Assembly (NCBI GenBank): GCA_050185455.1
Contig: JBFWZL010000002.1
Span: 1-36,669, forward strand
Reading direction: 5' to 3'
Length of the DNA: 36,669 nt
Source: Candidatus Binatia bacterium
GTDB lineage: Bacteria > Desulfobacterota > Binatia > Bin18
The translations under genes were made by a program, and so were the position numbers. The stretch's first letter is position 1. Each line of letters begins with the position of its first letter. Positions 9,291-18,548 of the stretch are shown here, piece after piece. Below the pieces are notes generated by a model. The model searched no databases and was not told the origin of the DNA. It saw only the letters and a program-made list of their open reading frames with translations.

Positions 9291-9364
9291 GCCCCCGTAG
9301 CTCAGGAGGATAGAGCATCGGATTCCTAATCCGAGGGTCGTGCGTTCGAATCGCGCCGGGGGCA
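9291..9364 (+). tRNA. tRNA-Arg (anticodon CCT)
   Basis: Hand-folded cloverleaf. Acceptor GCCCCCG/CGGGGGC, D stem GCTC/GAGC, anticodon stem TCGGA/TCCGA with loop TTCCTAA, T arm GTGCG-TTCGAAT-CGCGC, discriminator A. CCA is not encoded. Confidence 0.9.
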
Positions 9365-9963
9365 CTATAGAGTCTTCTGAACTCGACCAAAACGCGGGGG
9401 TCAAGATTCTGATTTATGAGGAAATTTCAGTCTCCATGTTGGAGAGCTGTAAATGCTGTGGATTATCCCGGAACGTTGAGAGACAGAAGAGCAAGGCCCG
9501 ACCGTCGTGAGAACCATCCTTCCACACACTTCCTTTGCGCGTGAAGTCCACAGGCGCAAACTTTGCCCCTAACCATCTCTGCCAGCGTGGGAGGCTCTCC
9601 AATCCCGCGGTATATACACCACCATGCTGACTATCGAAGAGATGCCTGTGCAGATAACGCCACAAGACTGCAAAAGAGTGAAGGTATACGTCATTGTCCT
9701 CCACGACGCTGCTTAATGCGAGCAAGGCCTTCAGCGCCTCAAATTGCACCCACCACACTTTTTTGCGCACTCTAAGGTCGTCACCTTCAATGTATGTGGG
9801 CGGTGGAGCTGGACCAGCATAGAAAAACCCCCCCTTGGCGGTATCCCATGTATGCCGCAAGGCAAAATCCTCAAGCCGCTGAGCGACGCCAATGATCTTG
9901 TCCGGTGCGCCAACGAGATCTCGCGCCACTACTAAACGGTGCGCTATCTGGAATGCGTAGCCG

Positions 9964-9972
9964 TAGCGCATG
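9964..9972. repeat. target-site duplication (left copy) TAGCGCATG
   Basis: Identical 9-mer directly flanks both ends of the IS (9964-9972 and 11411-11419). Boundary ambiguity is 1-2 bp because the shared string extends to TAGCGCATGGG. Confidence 0.7.
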
Positions 9973-11410
9973 GGTCAAGTCCTTCTTTTCCTGGAAAATT
10001 AGGCAGCAGACGCAGCGCTTCGCCGGGGTTGGGCGCTTGCAGGAGGCGACAGCACGGTCGGGTCGTCCAGTTGCTGCTGTCGCCGCAAGCTGTGGATCTG
10101 GTGTTGTTCAAAGGCACTAAAGCATTTCTTCCCCCAACGCTCACTGACACGGATCAAGACGGCAAAGACGAGTTTCACCACACTCCCTTCGTCCCACAAA
10201 TGCGGAATGACCTTGGTGCGGCGGCGTTCCTCTTCAAAGGCGCGCTCCGCTAAGTTGGAGGTGCGGACATATGGTTGGTGACGCTGGGGGACATAGAGGT
10301 GGTTCAGACTCGCCTCGGCGTCGTCGAGTAGGCAGCGAGAGGCTTCCGGAAAATCGCGCTGATAGCGATTGACAATGAGTTGGCGGCGCCGTTCGGCTTC
10401 GGCCACCGTGGGCGCATCGCGCATATCGGCCACCAGCTGCTTAAACTCGGGCCACGCTTGCGGCGGCACCTTTTGCTGGAGGTTTTGCATTTTGTGAAAC
10501 CAACACCGGATGCGCAGAGATTTCGGCCAGATGGTGTCGATGGCTTTGGTCAACCCTGCCGCCCCATCGGTCGTAATCGTCACCGGCGTCGGCAGGCCCC
10601 GCTTGATCAAATCGCGCAGCACCTCCCGACAACTCTCGTAACTTTCGCTATTCGCCGTGGAGAGCGCGAGCAATACCTTGCGCCCGTCCACGCAGATCGC
10701 CCACACGCAAAATACCCCCAGCTTGCTCCCCCACCGCCGCAACGGTTCATAGACTGCATCCATAAACAGGTACGCCACCTCATACCCGCTCAGATCCCGC
10801 GTACGAAAGGCTTCGTACTCCTGCGTCAGGGTATCGGTCAGCTCACTGACCATGCTCTTGGAGAGAATAAACTGCCCTAGGGCCTTCTCTAAACCATATT
10901 CAATGTCCCGTTGCGAGAGCCCGCCCGCATACATCTCCACAATGAGCCGCTTCAAGTTTTCACTCGTGTTCGCCAATTCATCCCAGAGGTGGGAGCGCGG
11001 AGGTTCTGACCGCCCGCTGATTTGCGGCACTTTGAGCCGTAATAGTCCTTCGGCGGTCTTGAGCGTCCCGTCCTCATACCCATTCCGATAGCCTCGACTG
11101 CCTGCCCGCCGCTCGTAGCGGGCTCGTCCTAGGGTTTCGGTCTGTTCTTGTTCTAAGGCCTCTTGTAAAATGCGCTCGGTTGAAAGCCGCACAAGGGCGC
11201 TGAGCAACTCGCTGCCGCTCTGCGCTTGGGCCTGTCCTTCTAACATGGCTCTCAACTCCTGGGCCTTGTGCTCACTTGGTGCTATCCTTTGGCTCATACG
11301 GGAGGTCCTCCTTCTGGTCGGTCGTTAATCTCTGGTCGCGCTTTGATTAACTACCCAAGAAGTGCTTCCCGTCTACTCCCACCTTTTTCCAGACATCTTA
11401 GGACATGATC
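9973..11410 (-). mobile_element. IS256-family insertion sequence (about 1.44 kb)
   Basis: Single mutator-type transposase ORF. Imperfect terminal inverted repeats GGTCAAGTCCT...CTGGAAAA (left) versus the reverse complement of the right end, GATCATGTCCT...CTGGAAAA (18 of 26 positions match by hand). Flanked by a 9-bp direct repeat. Confidence 0.85.
9999..11297 (-). CDS. IS256-family (mutator-type) transposase
   Basis: 432 aa. Typical IS256 layout and motifs (..GYRNGY..., ..YLFMDAVY.., ..ITTDGAAGL.., ..RCWFHKMQN..). Confidence 0.9.
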   Translation of the reverse strand: MSQRIAPSEHKAQELRAMLEGQAQAQSGSELLSALVRLSTERILQEALEQEQTETLGRARYERRAGSRGYRNGYEDGTLKTAEGLLRLKVPQISGRSEPPRSHLWDELANTSENLKRLIVEMYAGGLSQRDIEYGLEKALGQFILSKSMVSELTDTLTQEYEAFRTRDLSGYEVAYLFMDAVYEPLRRWGSKLGVFCVWAICVDGRKVLLALSTANSESYESCREVLRDLIKRGLPTPVTITTDGAAGLTKAIDTIWPKSLRIRCWFHKMQNLQQKVPPQAWPEFKQLVADMRDAPTVAEAERRRQLIVNRYQRDFPEASRCLLDDAEASLNHLYVPQRHQPYVRTSNLAERAFEEERRRTKVIPHLWDEGSVVKLVFAVLIRVSERWGKKCFSAFEQHQIHSLRRQQQLDDPTVLSPPASAQPRRSAASAA

Positions 11411-11419
11411 TAGCGCATG
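11411..11419. repeat. target-site duplication (right copy) TAGCGCATG
   Basis: See left copy. The premature TAG that ends the N-terminal AGE fragment is built from the TSD plus the first IS base. Confidence 0.7.
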
Positions 11420-12209
11420 GGGTGAGGCACTGGCGTCCAATCCGGTTGGCAGAGGAAGAAAACCGGTCCCGTAGCGAGAATCATCTTGTCGCAAAGAATA
11501 CGGACAAGTTCCTGCAAGCGCTCGACCACCTTCGGATCAGGCCAGGCGCGATACAAATACGTGAACGTTTGGAGCAGGTCGATGTGCACATTGCAGTCCT
11601 TCAACCCAATGGGTGTGTCAATCGTGTCGGTCACCGCTGACCAAGGACAGTCGGATGGATCACGGATTACAACCCCCTCGTGCGTGAGAAAGCCGAAGTA
11701 CCCGCCGTATTGGTTGTCGTGCGCATATTGTTCAAGCCACAGAAATCCTTCACGGGCCAGAGATAGTGCATCCATATTTCCCGTGGCGGTATGGACAGCG
11801 ACACTCGCAGCAATGGCATAGGCCGCGCCGTGAACATGTTTGGTGCGCGCCTCAAGCGGTTCCCCAGCGCGATCTGTCCTATGAAACCAACCACCTGTCT
11901 TATGATCCCACATGACTTCGCGGAGGCAGCGGAATCCGTGAAGGGTGGCTTGGCGTAAGCGCTCATCGTAGGGAGCGTATTGTAAGGCTTCAGCGGCGAG
12001 CCAGGTCTGTCACGCTTGAAATTCCAGGAGCTTCTCGTGCGTTCCGCACGGCTGCCACGTTCGATCGAAATCACAGAGGAAACCACCATATTGACGATCA
12101 ATGCAACGTGGAAACCACGCATCGATCACATGCCGCTGAAGAACGGCTTCAAGTTCTTCCTCTGTTGGTAAACGTAAGGCGCTCACTGCAGCTGAAGCCT
12201 TAATCGTTG

Positions 12210-13241
12210 CTAGCGAAACGCCGGGATCACTTCCTGCGCGAAACGCTTGAGCCCATCGCGATCATAGGGTTGGCTGCGTACGGTGAAGATAAAGTGGGTA
12301 ATACCGACGTCGATGAAGGCTTGGATCTGCTTTTTCAGCTCTTCGGCGTCCGTGGCGGCGATGATTGTTCGTCGCGCTTCGTCCGGCGTCATGTCTTTAT
12401 AGTAGCGCGTGAGCTGTTGCACGGCTTGGTCAATTTTTGTCTGTTCAGGAGAGAACACCAGGAAGGTTTGATACGACTTGTCCATGCTCGTGCAGTCCCG
12501 CTTCACTTTCACACAGGCCTTGTCAAGCTGCTTGATCTTGTCCGCTATTCTCTCGGTCGTAAACCCGGCCGGCATGCTCCATTTATCCGCATATCTGGCG
12601 ACAAGCGGGAGCGTCCATTTTTCTCCCTGCCCGCCAATGGTAATGGGCGGATAGGGTTTCTGCACAGGCTTGGGAACGAACGGCGCTTTGACGAGTTGAT
12701 AGTATTTGCCGTTAAAGTTGGCTTCGTCTTGTGTCCATAATGCGCGGACGACTTGCAGCGCCTCCTCTAGCCGCTCGATACGCTCTTTGCCCGAGGGAAA
12801 TGGCAGGCCATACGCCTCGTGCTCACGTTGGAACCAGCCGCCACCGAGACCCATTTCCAGACGACCTCTGCTGAGGACATCAACGGTCGTCGCTATCTTG
12901 GCGAGCACGGCGGGATTGCGAAACAGATTGTCTGACACCAACACTCCTATGCGCACTCGCGAGGTTTTTTCCGCCAGCGCCGCGAGCAATGTCCACGCAT
13001 CGTACGCTGGAGCATCTTCTCTGCCGAACTGCATGAAATGATCGTTCAACCACAGTGAGTCATAACCCCATCCCTCGGTGTCCTGCCACAGCTGGACGAG
13101 ATCATCAAGGGATGGAACTTGATGGGCGGTTTGGATACCAAAGGAGATGCGCGGGTTAGCCGGGGGTTCAGCCCAAGCCACGGCGCCTACAATCAGGAAG
13201 GAAAGAGCAAGGAAGGAACGGAGTGCAGGGAAAGCTTTCAT
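12210..13241 (-). CDS. luciferase-like monooxygenase (LLM) class flavin/F420-dependent oxidoreductase with N-terminal signal-peptide-like extension
   Basis: The LLM core starts at ISFGIQT... with typical GWGYDSLWLNDHF. It is preceded by MKAFPALRSFLALSFLIVGAVAWA-EPP. AGGAG lies about 10 nt upstream of the ATG at 13241. Confidence 0.85.
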   Translation of the reverse strand: MKAFPALRSFLALSFLIVGAVAWAEPPANPRISFGIQTAHQVPSLDDLVQLWQDTEGWGYDSLWLNDHFMQFGREDAPAYDAWTLLAALAEKTSRVRIGVLVSDNLFRNPAVLAKIATTVDVLSRGRLEMGLGGGWFQREHEAYGLPFPSGKERIERLEEALQVVRALWTQDEANFNGKYYQLVKAPFVPKPVQKPYPPITIGGQGEKWTLPLVARYADKWSMPAGFTTERIADKIKQLDKACVKVKRDCTSMDKSYQTFLVFSPEQTKIDQAVQQLTRYYKDMTPDEARRTIIAATDAEELKKQIQAFIDVGITHFIFTVRSQPYDRDGLKRFAQEVIPAFR

Positions 13242-13335
13242 GAGCGGCGGCTCCTATGATAAAGAAGGCGGCCACCCAGGGCCGCCCGTACAAAAAAACG
13301 CGTCTCCGACTTCGCCCACCTTGCAGGGATAAGCT

Positions 13336-14265
13336 TCAAGGCTGTTTCATTCCCACCATGGCGTAATGCTCAGGAGCGGCGTGACGAGGATTTTTGTACA
13401 AGAGAATCTGGCAAGTCCCGCCTTTTGTTCCTGGACATTGAATCACCGGCCAGGGAGCGCCAATGCGCTCAATGGGCATGATGGTATGCATCACCGCAAT
13501 ATGCGTACGGTAAGCAGTTACTACCTCACCGCGATTGAACGTGATGGGATGTTTTTCCTTGATGACGGCAAGATTCCAGGGAGGCTCATGTCGGCCATCA
13601 TTATGCTGACGACCACAACTGCCACACGGGTCCTGTGTCAGGATGAACTTCTCCTCATCTTCCGTAATCGTAATCGTTGCAAAGTTGCCGACCGCGAGCA
13701 GGCGAGTCCAATCTCGCAGACGGGTCTGCACGTCGTGTGTGATGTCTTCCAGCATCCACGGCATCCAGCCTTTCTCGCTGCTGTAGCGCAGACAACGATT
13801 GAGTTCTTCAACGCCGTATTCACGATAGACATGGGAAAGCAACGACGACACCCACTCACGGTAAAAATCGTGAAAATCGCGGCACGCCTTTTCCACTTCA
13901 GTGTAGAATTTTTTTGCTCCACCCGTGTCACCAGCGTCAATCAGCGACTCCATGCGGCGCTGAGGGGAGTCTGACACGGTGAGCACGTCGTCGAGCGAAA
14001 GCCCCATCCTGAAGGCGCCAGCAAGCATGCTTTCGAGAGGAATCGCTTTGGCCAGGGCTTCATGGCCGTGATGCTCGAACAAAAATTCAAAGATCGTCGC
14101 CACCCATTTGGTGTAAATTTCATGAAATTCTCGGAAGGCCTTCTCAACATCGAGATACACTTCTTTGGCTCGAGCTTTGTCGCCGCTGTCAAGCGCGGCT
14201 TCTATCCGTTGGGAGCCATTCCTACACATAGCGTCGAGTTCAGTTTGTGTGAATAGTCGAGACAT
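13336..14265 (-). CDS. uncharacterised protein: tandem helical repeat plus C-terminal Cys4 domain
   Basis: AAGGAGG lies 7 nt upstream of the ATG at 14265 (MSRLFTQTELD...). The upstream part of the 354-aa track ORF lacks an RBS and would overlap glcF. I recognise no family. Confidence 0.7.
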   Translation of the reverse strand: MSRLFTQTELDAMCRNGSQRIEAALDSGDKARAKEVYLDVEKAFREFHEIYTKWVATIFEFLFEHHGHEALAKAIPLESMLAGAFRMGLSLDDVLTVSDSPQRRMESLIDAGDTGGAKKFYTEVEKACRDFHDFYREWVSSLLSHVYREYGVEELNRCLRYSSEKGWMPWMLEDITHDVQTRLRDWTRLLAVGNFATITITEDEEKFILTQDPCGSCGRQHNDGRHEPPWNLAVIKEKHPITFNRGEVVTAYRTHIAVMHTIMPIERIGAPWPVIQCPGTKGGTCQILLYKNPRHAAPEHYAMVGMKQP

Positions 14266-14362
14266 GTATTTCCTCCTTACAGGGAACACGTTCCACGCAA
14301 CGCGTGTTTCAGCTGAAATTTTGGTCCTGCCGTATGACAGGTTGCATTTTTTGCGGTGCGTT

Positions 14363-15634
14363 TCACGTCTGCTCTGCATATGCCTCAGCGAGCAAGTCAA
14401 CGGTATGCACGACTTTTGTTGGCAAGCCGCGTTGCTGGAAACCCGCGCGAATCTGCATTAAGCACCCGGGATTTCCCGCCACCACGACATCCGCCGTTGT
14501 TTCCTGAATATTGTTGACCTTACGATTGAGTAGACGATGCGCCATATCCGGCTCGGTCAGGTTGTACGTCCCTGCGCTGCCACAACACCAATCCGACTCG
14601 TTTAACTCGACAAGCTGAAGACCGGGAATTGCCCGCAAGAGAGCGCGAGGTTGTTCGCGCACCCCTTGTCCATGCGCTAAGTGGCAGGCGTCATGATAGG
14701 TGGCCCGCGCACGAATCTCACGCGTCGGTTTTTTCAGAGGAATACTCCCTAAGAATTCGGAGACATCCTGCATTTTCCCCGCAAGGCGCTCGGCTCTTTC
14801 CCGATAGACAAGATCGCCTTTGAACAACTCCCCATATTCTTTCATCATGGAGCCGCAGCCGGCGGCGTTGATAATAAGTGCGTCGAGTTCGAAGCGACTG
14901 AACACGTCGATATTACGGCGCGCCAGAGCAAGGGCAGTCTTCTTCTCGCCGTTATGCAGCAACAATGCTCCGCAGCATTGCTGATCTCTTGGCACGACCA
15001 CCTCACAACCGTTGTGGCGCAGAACTTTAACTGTCGCCTCATTGGTTGCGCCAAACACCGCAGGCATCACGCAGCCATTCAGCAACGCCACCGTGAAGCG
15101 CTTCTCTCCAATGGCTGGATACCGTTCCAACAAGGTGGAAGACGTTACTCCACCTTGTCCAGGCAACAAACCAAACCAATAACGAATCTGCTCCGGCAAT
15201 TTTTGCCAGCGCGCGAGACGCCCCAATCCCAACGCGGCTCCCGCCTTCAACGCGAAAGCGAACAATCGCGTACCGACGGGATTAGGAAAAACCTTATTGA
15301 TGGCCTGACGTTTGAGCCGCTCCAGCCGTGGACGCTGGTAGTGTTGCTCGATGTACGGGCGGACTCCTTCGATTAACTCGCCATAGTGCACCCCTGAAGG
15401 GCAGGCCGTTTCACACGCGCGACAACCTAAACATAGGTCAAGATGACGAACGACTTCGTCATCAAGAGGAAGACGGCCCTCTTGCAACGCACGCATCGTG
15501 ACAATACGTCCGCGGGGAGAGTCCATTTCCGTGCCCAACTCAACGTAGGTTGGACAGAAGGATAAACACAAACCGCAGTGAACGCAGTCAAAGAATTTTT
15601 CATGATCGATGAAATTTATTTGTGTATTTCCCAT
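14363..15634 (-). CDS. glcF: glycolate oxidase iron-sulfur subunit GlcF-like ((Fe-S)-binding protein with CCG domains)
   Basis: Two ferredoxin-type motifs, CVHCGLCLSFCP and CLGCRACETACP. Two CCG motifs (QQCCGALL, DWCCGSAG). 423 aa. Confidence 0.8.
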   Translation of the reverse strand: MGNTQINFIDHEKFFDCVHCGLCLSFCPTYVELGTEMDSPRGRIVTMRALQEGRLPLDDEVVRHLDLCLGCRACETACPSGVHYGELIEGVRPYIEQHYQRPRLERLKRQAINKVFPNPVGTRLFAFALKAGAALGLGRLARWQKLPEQIRYWFGLLPGQGGVTSSTLLERYPAIGEKRFTVALLNGCVMPAVFGATNEATVKVLRHNGCEVVVPRDQQCCGALLLHNGEKKTALALARRNIDVFSRFELDALIINAAGCGSMMKEYGELFKGDLVYRERAERLAGKMQDVSEFLGSIPLKKPTREIRARATYHDACHLAHGQGVREQPRALLRAIPGLQLVELNESDWCCGSAGTYNLTEPDMAHRLLNRKVNNIQETTADVVVAGNPGCLMQIRAGFQQRGLPTKVVHTVDLLAEAYAEQT

Positions 15635-15650
15635 AAGCTCCAGCTTCTGG

Positions 15651-15706
15651 TCCTCTCTCCCCTTGTAGGAGAGCCTGTCCTGAGTATGGTCGAAGGGGGA
15701 CAGAGT
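15651..15706. repeat. REP-like GC-rich hairpin element (copy A) in the glcE-glcF spacer
   Basis: Hairpins CTCTCC/GGAGAG (15655-15673) and CTGTCC/GGACAG (15675-15703). The 16-nt core TCCCCTTGTAGGAGAG matches copy B at 15 of 16 positions. Confidence 0.5.
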
Positions 15707-15736
15707 AAAGAGTGTACGGCCCGCTTACCGCACTCT

Positions 15737-17029
15737 TCAAATTCCCCCAACGAACCGTCCTGGATTCAAAATACCATTTGGGTCCAGCGTGTCTTTGAGG
15801 CGCTTCATCAAAGGCAGCGTTCCGCCGACATGTCCCCAGACGTTAACCCGCTCTTTGAGCGCGGGGGCAATGTCCTCCACGACCAGATAACCCTCAAGTC
15901 GTTTTGTCAGGATGCGCATCCAATCCACAAACGACGGTAGCTGTTCTGAAGGGGTGGCATCCACGCTCGTGAAACGACTAAAGATGATACCGTTGCCGGC
16001 GCGAGCCAGCAGGTGAACGAAAAAACCGCGCGCGGCGGCTTCCGTTTCAATTTCCTTGCAGAAAGTCGCCACCCTATCCGGCAGAACACTCATTTTGCAA
16101 CGCAGAACCGCTGAATCTGAAACCGGAAAATCTCGTAACGTCTGGACAAGCTGCCCACCCCCATCTTTCCATGTCTGCACGACATGGCCTTGTGCGATCT
16201 CGCGCACGCGACTGTCTTGGTACTGTACCTCCTCTGATACACCAACAAAGCCGATGAGGAGATGGTGCGAAGAGTTATCGTTATGAGCATCCACGGGAGA
16301 AAAGTTTGCCAGCTCCATGAAGAATGGTTGCAGCTCCGACTGCAGTATTGTCAGCGCAAAGTCCATGGCTGGCTGTGCGGAAGGAAAGCACAGGCTAAGC
16401 ACGGTCTGCGTCTCAGGTTTCGGGCGCACCTTGAAGGTCGCTTCGCTAATAACCCCTAACGTCCCCAGTGAGCCGCAGAACAACTTCGGTACATCGTAGC
16501 CAGCAACATTTTTGACGACACGACCACCGCCCTTAATCACCGTTCCATCCGCTCGCACGGCTTTGAGACCAATTAAGAAGTCTCTGATCGTACCTTGCGA
16601 AAGGCGGGCGGGTCCGCTCAGGTTCGTGGCAATGAGTCCACCCACCGTCACTTGTTCCGGAAGCGGCGGATCAATCGGCAGCCATTGCCCATGCTCGCCC
16701 AATATCTGTTGCAACCGGGCAAGAGGTAGTCCCGCCTCTACCGTCACTGTCATGTCAGTCGGTTGGTAATCAAGAATTCTATCCAAGCGTTGCAGGGACA
16801 GCGCGGTATCGTATTGGCGCGGCGGCATTCCCAAGTGCAGAAACGCGCCAAGTCCGGTTGACACAACGGCACTACGTTGCTTGTTGGCGTTGTAGAGCAC
16901 TTCAGACACTTGCTCAACACTCTCAGGGAATAAAACTGCCCGAGGTACATGCCCATCGACCGTGAAGTGTCTTTGCTCCTCAGTGACGTTGGCTGTGCCT
17001 TGATCTTCTGTGCGAGAAAGTTCCGTCAT
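15737..17029 (-). CDS. glcE: glycolate oxidase FAD-binding subunit GlcE-like
   Basis: 430 aa, PCMH-type FAD-binding domain pattern (..VVSTGLGAF.., ..VKNVAGYD..). Positioned between the glcD and glcF homologues. Confidence 0.8.
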   Translation of the reverse strand: MTELSRTEDQGTANVTEEQRHFTVDGHVPRAVLFPESVEQVSEVLYNANKQRSAVVSTGLGAFLHLGMPPRQYDTALSLQRLDRILDYQPTDMTVTVEAGLPLARLQQILGEHGQWLPIDPPLPEQVTVGGLIATNLSGPARLSQGTIRDFLIGLKAVRADGTVIKGGGRVVKNVAGYDVPKLFCGSLGTLGVISEATFKVRPKPETQTVLSLCFPSAQPAMDFALTILQSELQPFFMELANFSPVDAHNDNSSHHLLIGFVGVSEEVQYQDSRVREIAQGHVVQTWKDGGGQLVQTLRDFPVSDSAVLRCKMSVLPDRVATFCKEIETEAAARGFFVHLLARAGNGIIFSRFTSVDATPSEQLPSFVDWMRILTKRLEGYLVVEDIAPALKERVNVWGHVGGTLPLMKRLKDTLDPNGILNPGRFVGGI

Positions 17030-17081
17030 CCGCCTCTCGTTCCCTCTTCACTATCAATCAATCCCGAACACCTAGCCCCTT

Positions 17082-18506
17082 TTATAACGCCACTTGTCGT
17101 TTCGGCATACGCACGTCGATACAACCACTTGGCGTAGGGATGATCTTGTGGGGGTTACAACGATTATCCGGGTTAAACACCGAGCGGATTTGCGTCATAA
17201 CGAGCAAATCTGCTGGACTGAAAATCAGCGGCATCTGTCCCATCTTTTCAATGCCGATACCATGCTCACCGGTCAGGCTCCCCCCAAGATCGACACAGGC
17301 TTGCAGGATCTCTTGCCCAGCTTTCACAATGCGCTGTGTTTCGTCCGTGTTGCGTTCGTCATACATCAAAATCGGGTGAATGTTACCGTCACCAGCATGA
17401 AAGACATTGGCAATGCGGAGCTGGTACTTTTCCGCCACGCCGGTAATGACGCGCAGGATATCCGGCACTTTCGTGCGCGGCACGACGCCATCTTGTGTGC
17501 AATAATTCGGCGCCAGGCGTCCCACGGCGCCAAAGGCGCGCTTGCGACTCTTCCACAACGCCGTGCGTTCAGCCTCGTCACGGGCGATCCGGACTTCTCG
17601 TGCTTTGTTTTGTTGGCAGATCGCCATGATTTTCGCGGTCTGCGGATCGAGCCCCGCCGCCAGTCCATCCAATTCGATGATCAATACTGCACCCGCATCG
17701 GTGGGAAAGCCAAAATGAAATGCGGCTTCCACTGCCTGAATGATGAGCGTGTCCATCATCTCCAAGGCCGCGGGAACAATTCCGGACGCGATGATGTCGG
17801 AAACTGTTTGCGTTGCTTCGTGCACCGACTCGAAAACCGCCAGGAAAGTCCGGTACTCTTGTGGTTGTCGCGTCAGTCGTAACGTAGCTTTGGTGACGAT
17901 CCCGAACGTTCCCTCAGCTCCAATGGCAATCCCGCGCAAATCATATCCAGGAATATCCTCAACCGCGCCGCCCAACGTAATCACCTCCCCATCGGGCAAA
18001 ACGATTTCCATGCCAAGGACGTGGTTCGTGGTCACGCCATACTTGAGGGTGTGCGGACCGCCGGAATTCTCGGCGACATTCCCACCGATTGTGCAGGCTT
18101 GTTGACTCGATGGGTCCGGCGCGTATTGGAAGCCTTGGCTTTTAACGGCATTACTCACCCACAGATTTACCACGCCGGCTTCCGCCACCACATAGCGGTT
18201 CAATAAGTCGATATGGACAATTTTGTTCATGCGACTCGTGCCGATCATGACGGGCGCTTCCACCGGGAGACAGCCGCCGCTCAAACCAGTGCCCGCTCCG
18301 CGAGGGACGAAGGCGATTTTCTCTTTGTGAAGTAGTCGCACTACCGCCGCCACTTCCTCGGTAGTGCGAGGTAATATCACGATTTCAGGCGTGGACTTTT
18401 CTAGCGTGTAGCCGTCGCAGTCGTACACAGAGAGCGAGGTGGGTTTTTCCACTATGCCTTCCGGACCAACGATGTCGAGGAGATGAGAGATAAAAGTGGA
18501 ATTCAT
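17082..18506 (-). CDS. glcD: glycolate oxidase subunit GlcD-like (FAD-linked oxidase)
   Basis: FAD-linked oxidase motifs (PRGAGTGLSGG, VAENSGGPH, GSLTGEHGIG). I prefer the start at ATG 18506 (MNSTFISHLLD). The upstream 38 codons of the track ORF translate a REP element. Confidence 0.85.
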   Translation of the reverse strand: MNSTFISHLLDIVGPEGIVEKPTSLSVYDCDGYTLEKSTPEIVILPRTTEEVAAVVRLLHKEKIAFVPRGAGTGLSGGCLPVEAPVMIGTSRMNKIVHIDLLNRYVVAEAGVVNLWVSNAVKSQGFQYAPDPSSQQACTIGGNVAENSGGPHTLKYGVTTNHVLGMEIVLPDGEVITLGGAVEDIPGYDLRGIAIGAEGTFGIVTKATLRLTRQPQEYRTFLAVFESVHEATQTVSDIIASGIVPAALEMMDTLIIQAVEAAFHFGFPTDAGAVLIIELDGLAAGLDPQTAKIMAICQQNKAREVRIARDEAERTALWKSRKRAFGAVGRLAPNYCTQDGVVPRTKVPDILRVITGVAEKYQLRIANVFHAGDGNIHPILMYDERNTDETQRIVKAGQEILQACVDLGGSLTGEHGIGIEKMGQMPLIFSPADLLVMTQIRSVFNPDNRCNPHKIIPTPSGCIDVRMPKRQVAL

Positions 18507-18548
18507 ATAGCACAGCTCACAATCTTTCACTGCTGATGCAAACGTAGG

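Larger units (their letters stand above)
9414..12186 (-). pseudogene. N-acylglucosamine 2-epimerase (AGE) family gene, inactivated by IS256-family insertion and an upstream in-frame TGA
   Basis: The N-terminal part runs from a GTG near 12186 to 11413 and includes the TGA at 12012-12010. The C-terminal part is 9971-9414. Removing the IS and one copy of the 9-bp duplication restores ...VPHPMRYGYAFQ... in frame. Confidence 0.8.

Noticed and set aside
9386-9396. GGGTCAAG just after the tRNA, matching the first 8 nt of the IS256 left inverted repeat (possible solo IR remnant)
   Set aside because: Similarity collapses after 7-8 nt when aligned by hand, which is consistent with chance.
12010-12012. 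In-frame TGA in the AGE-family gene as a second selenocysteine candidate
   Set aside because: The aligned position is expected to be Arg, not a redox Cys. I see no convincing downstream hairpin, and the gene is independently disrupted by the IS.
14266-14400. 45-codon N-terminal extension of ORF 13336..14400, which overlaps glcF
   Set aside because: There is no RBS at 14400, whereas a strong AAGGAGG precedes the ATG at 14265. The extension would overlap the 3' end of glcF.
17094-17882. Long antisense ORFs: 262 aa here, plus 12207..12740(+), 13366..13974(+), 10380..10880(+), 31171..31785(-), 19584..19958(-)
   Set aside because: They lie entirely inside well-supported genes on the opposite strand. 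Their composition is low-complexity and Arg/Ser/Pro-rich, they have no RBS, and they are typical shadow ORFs.
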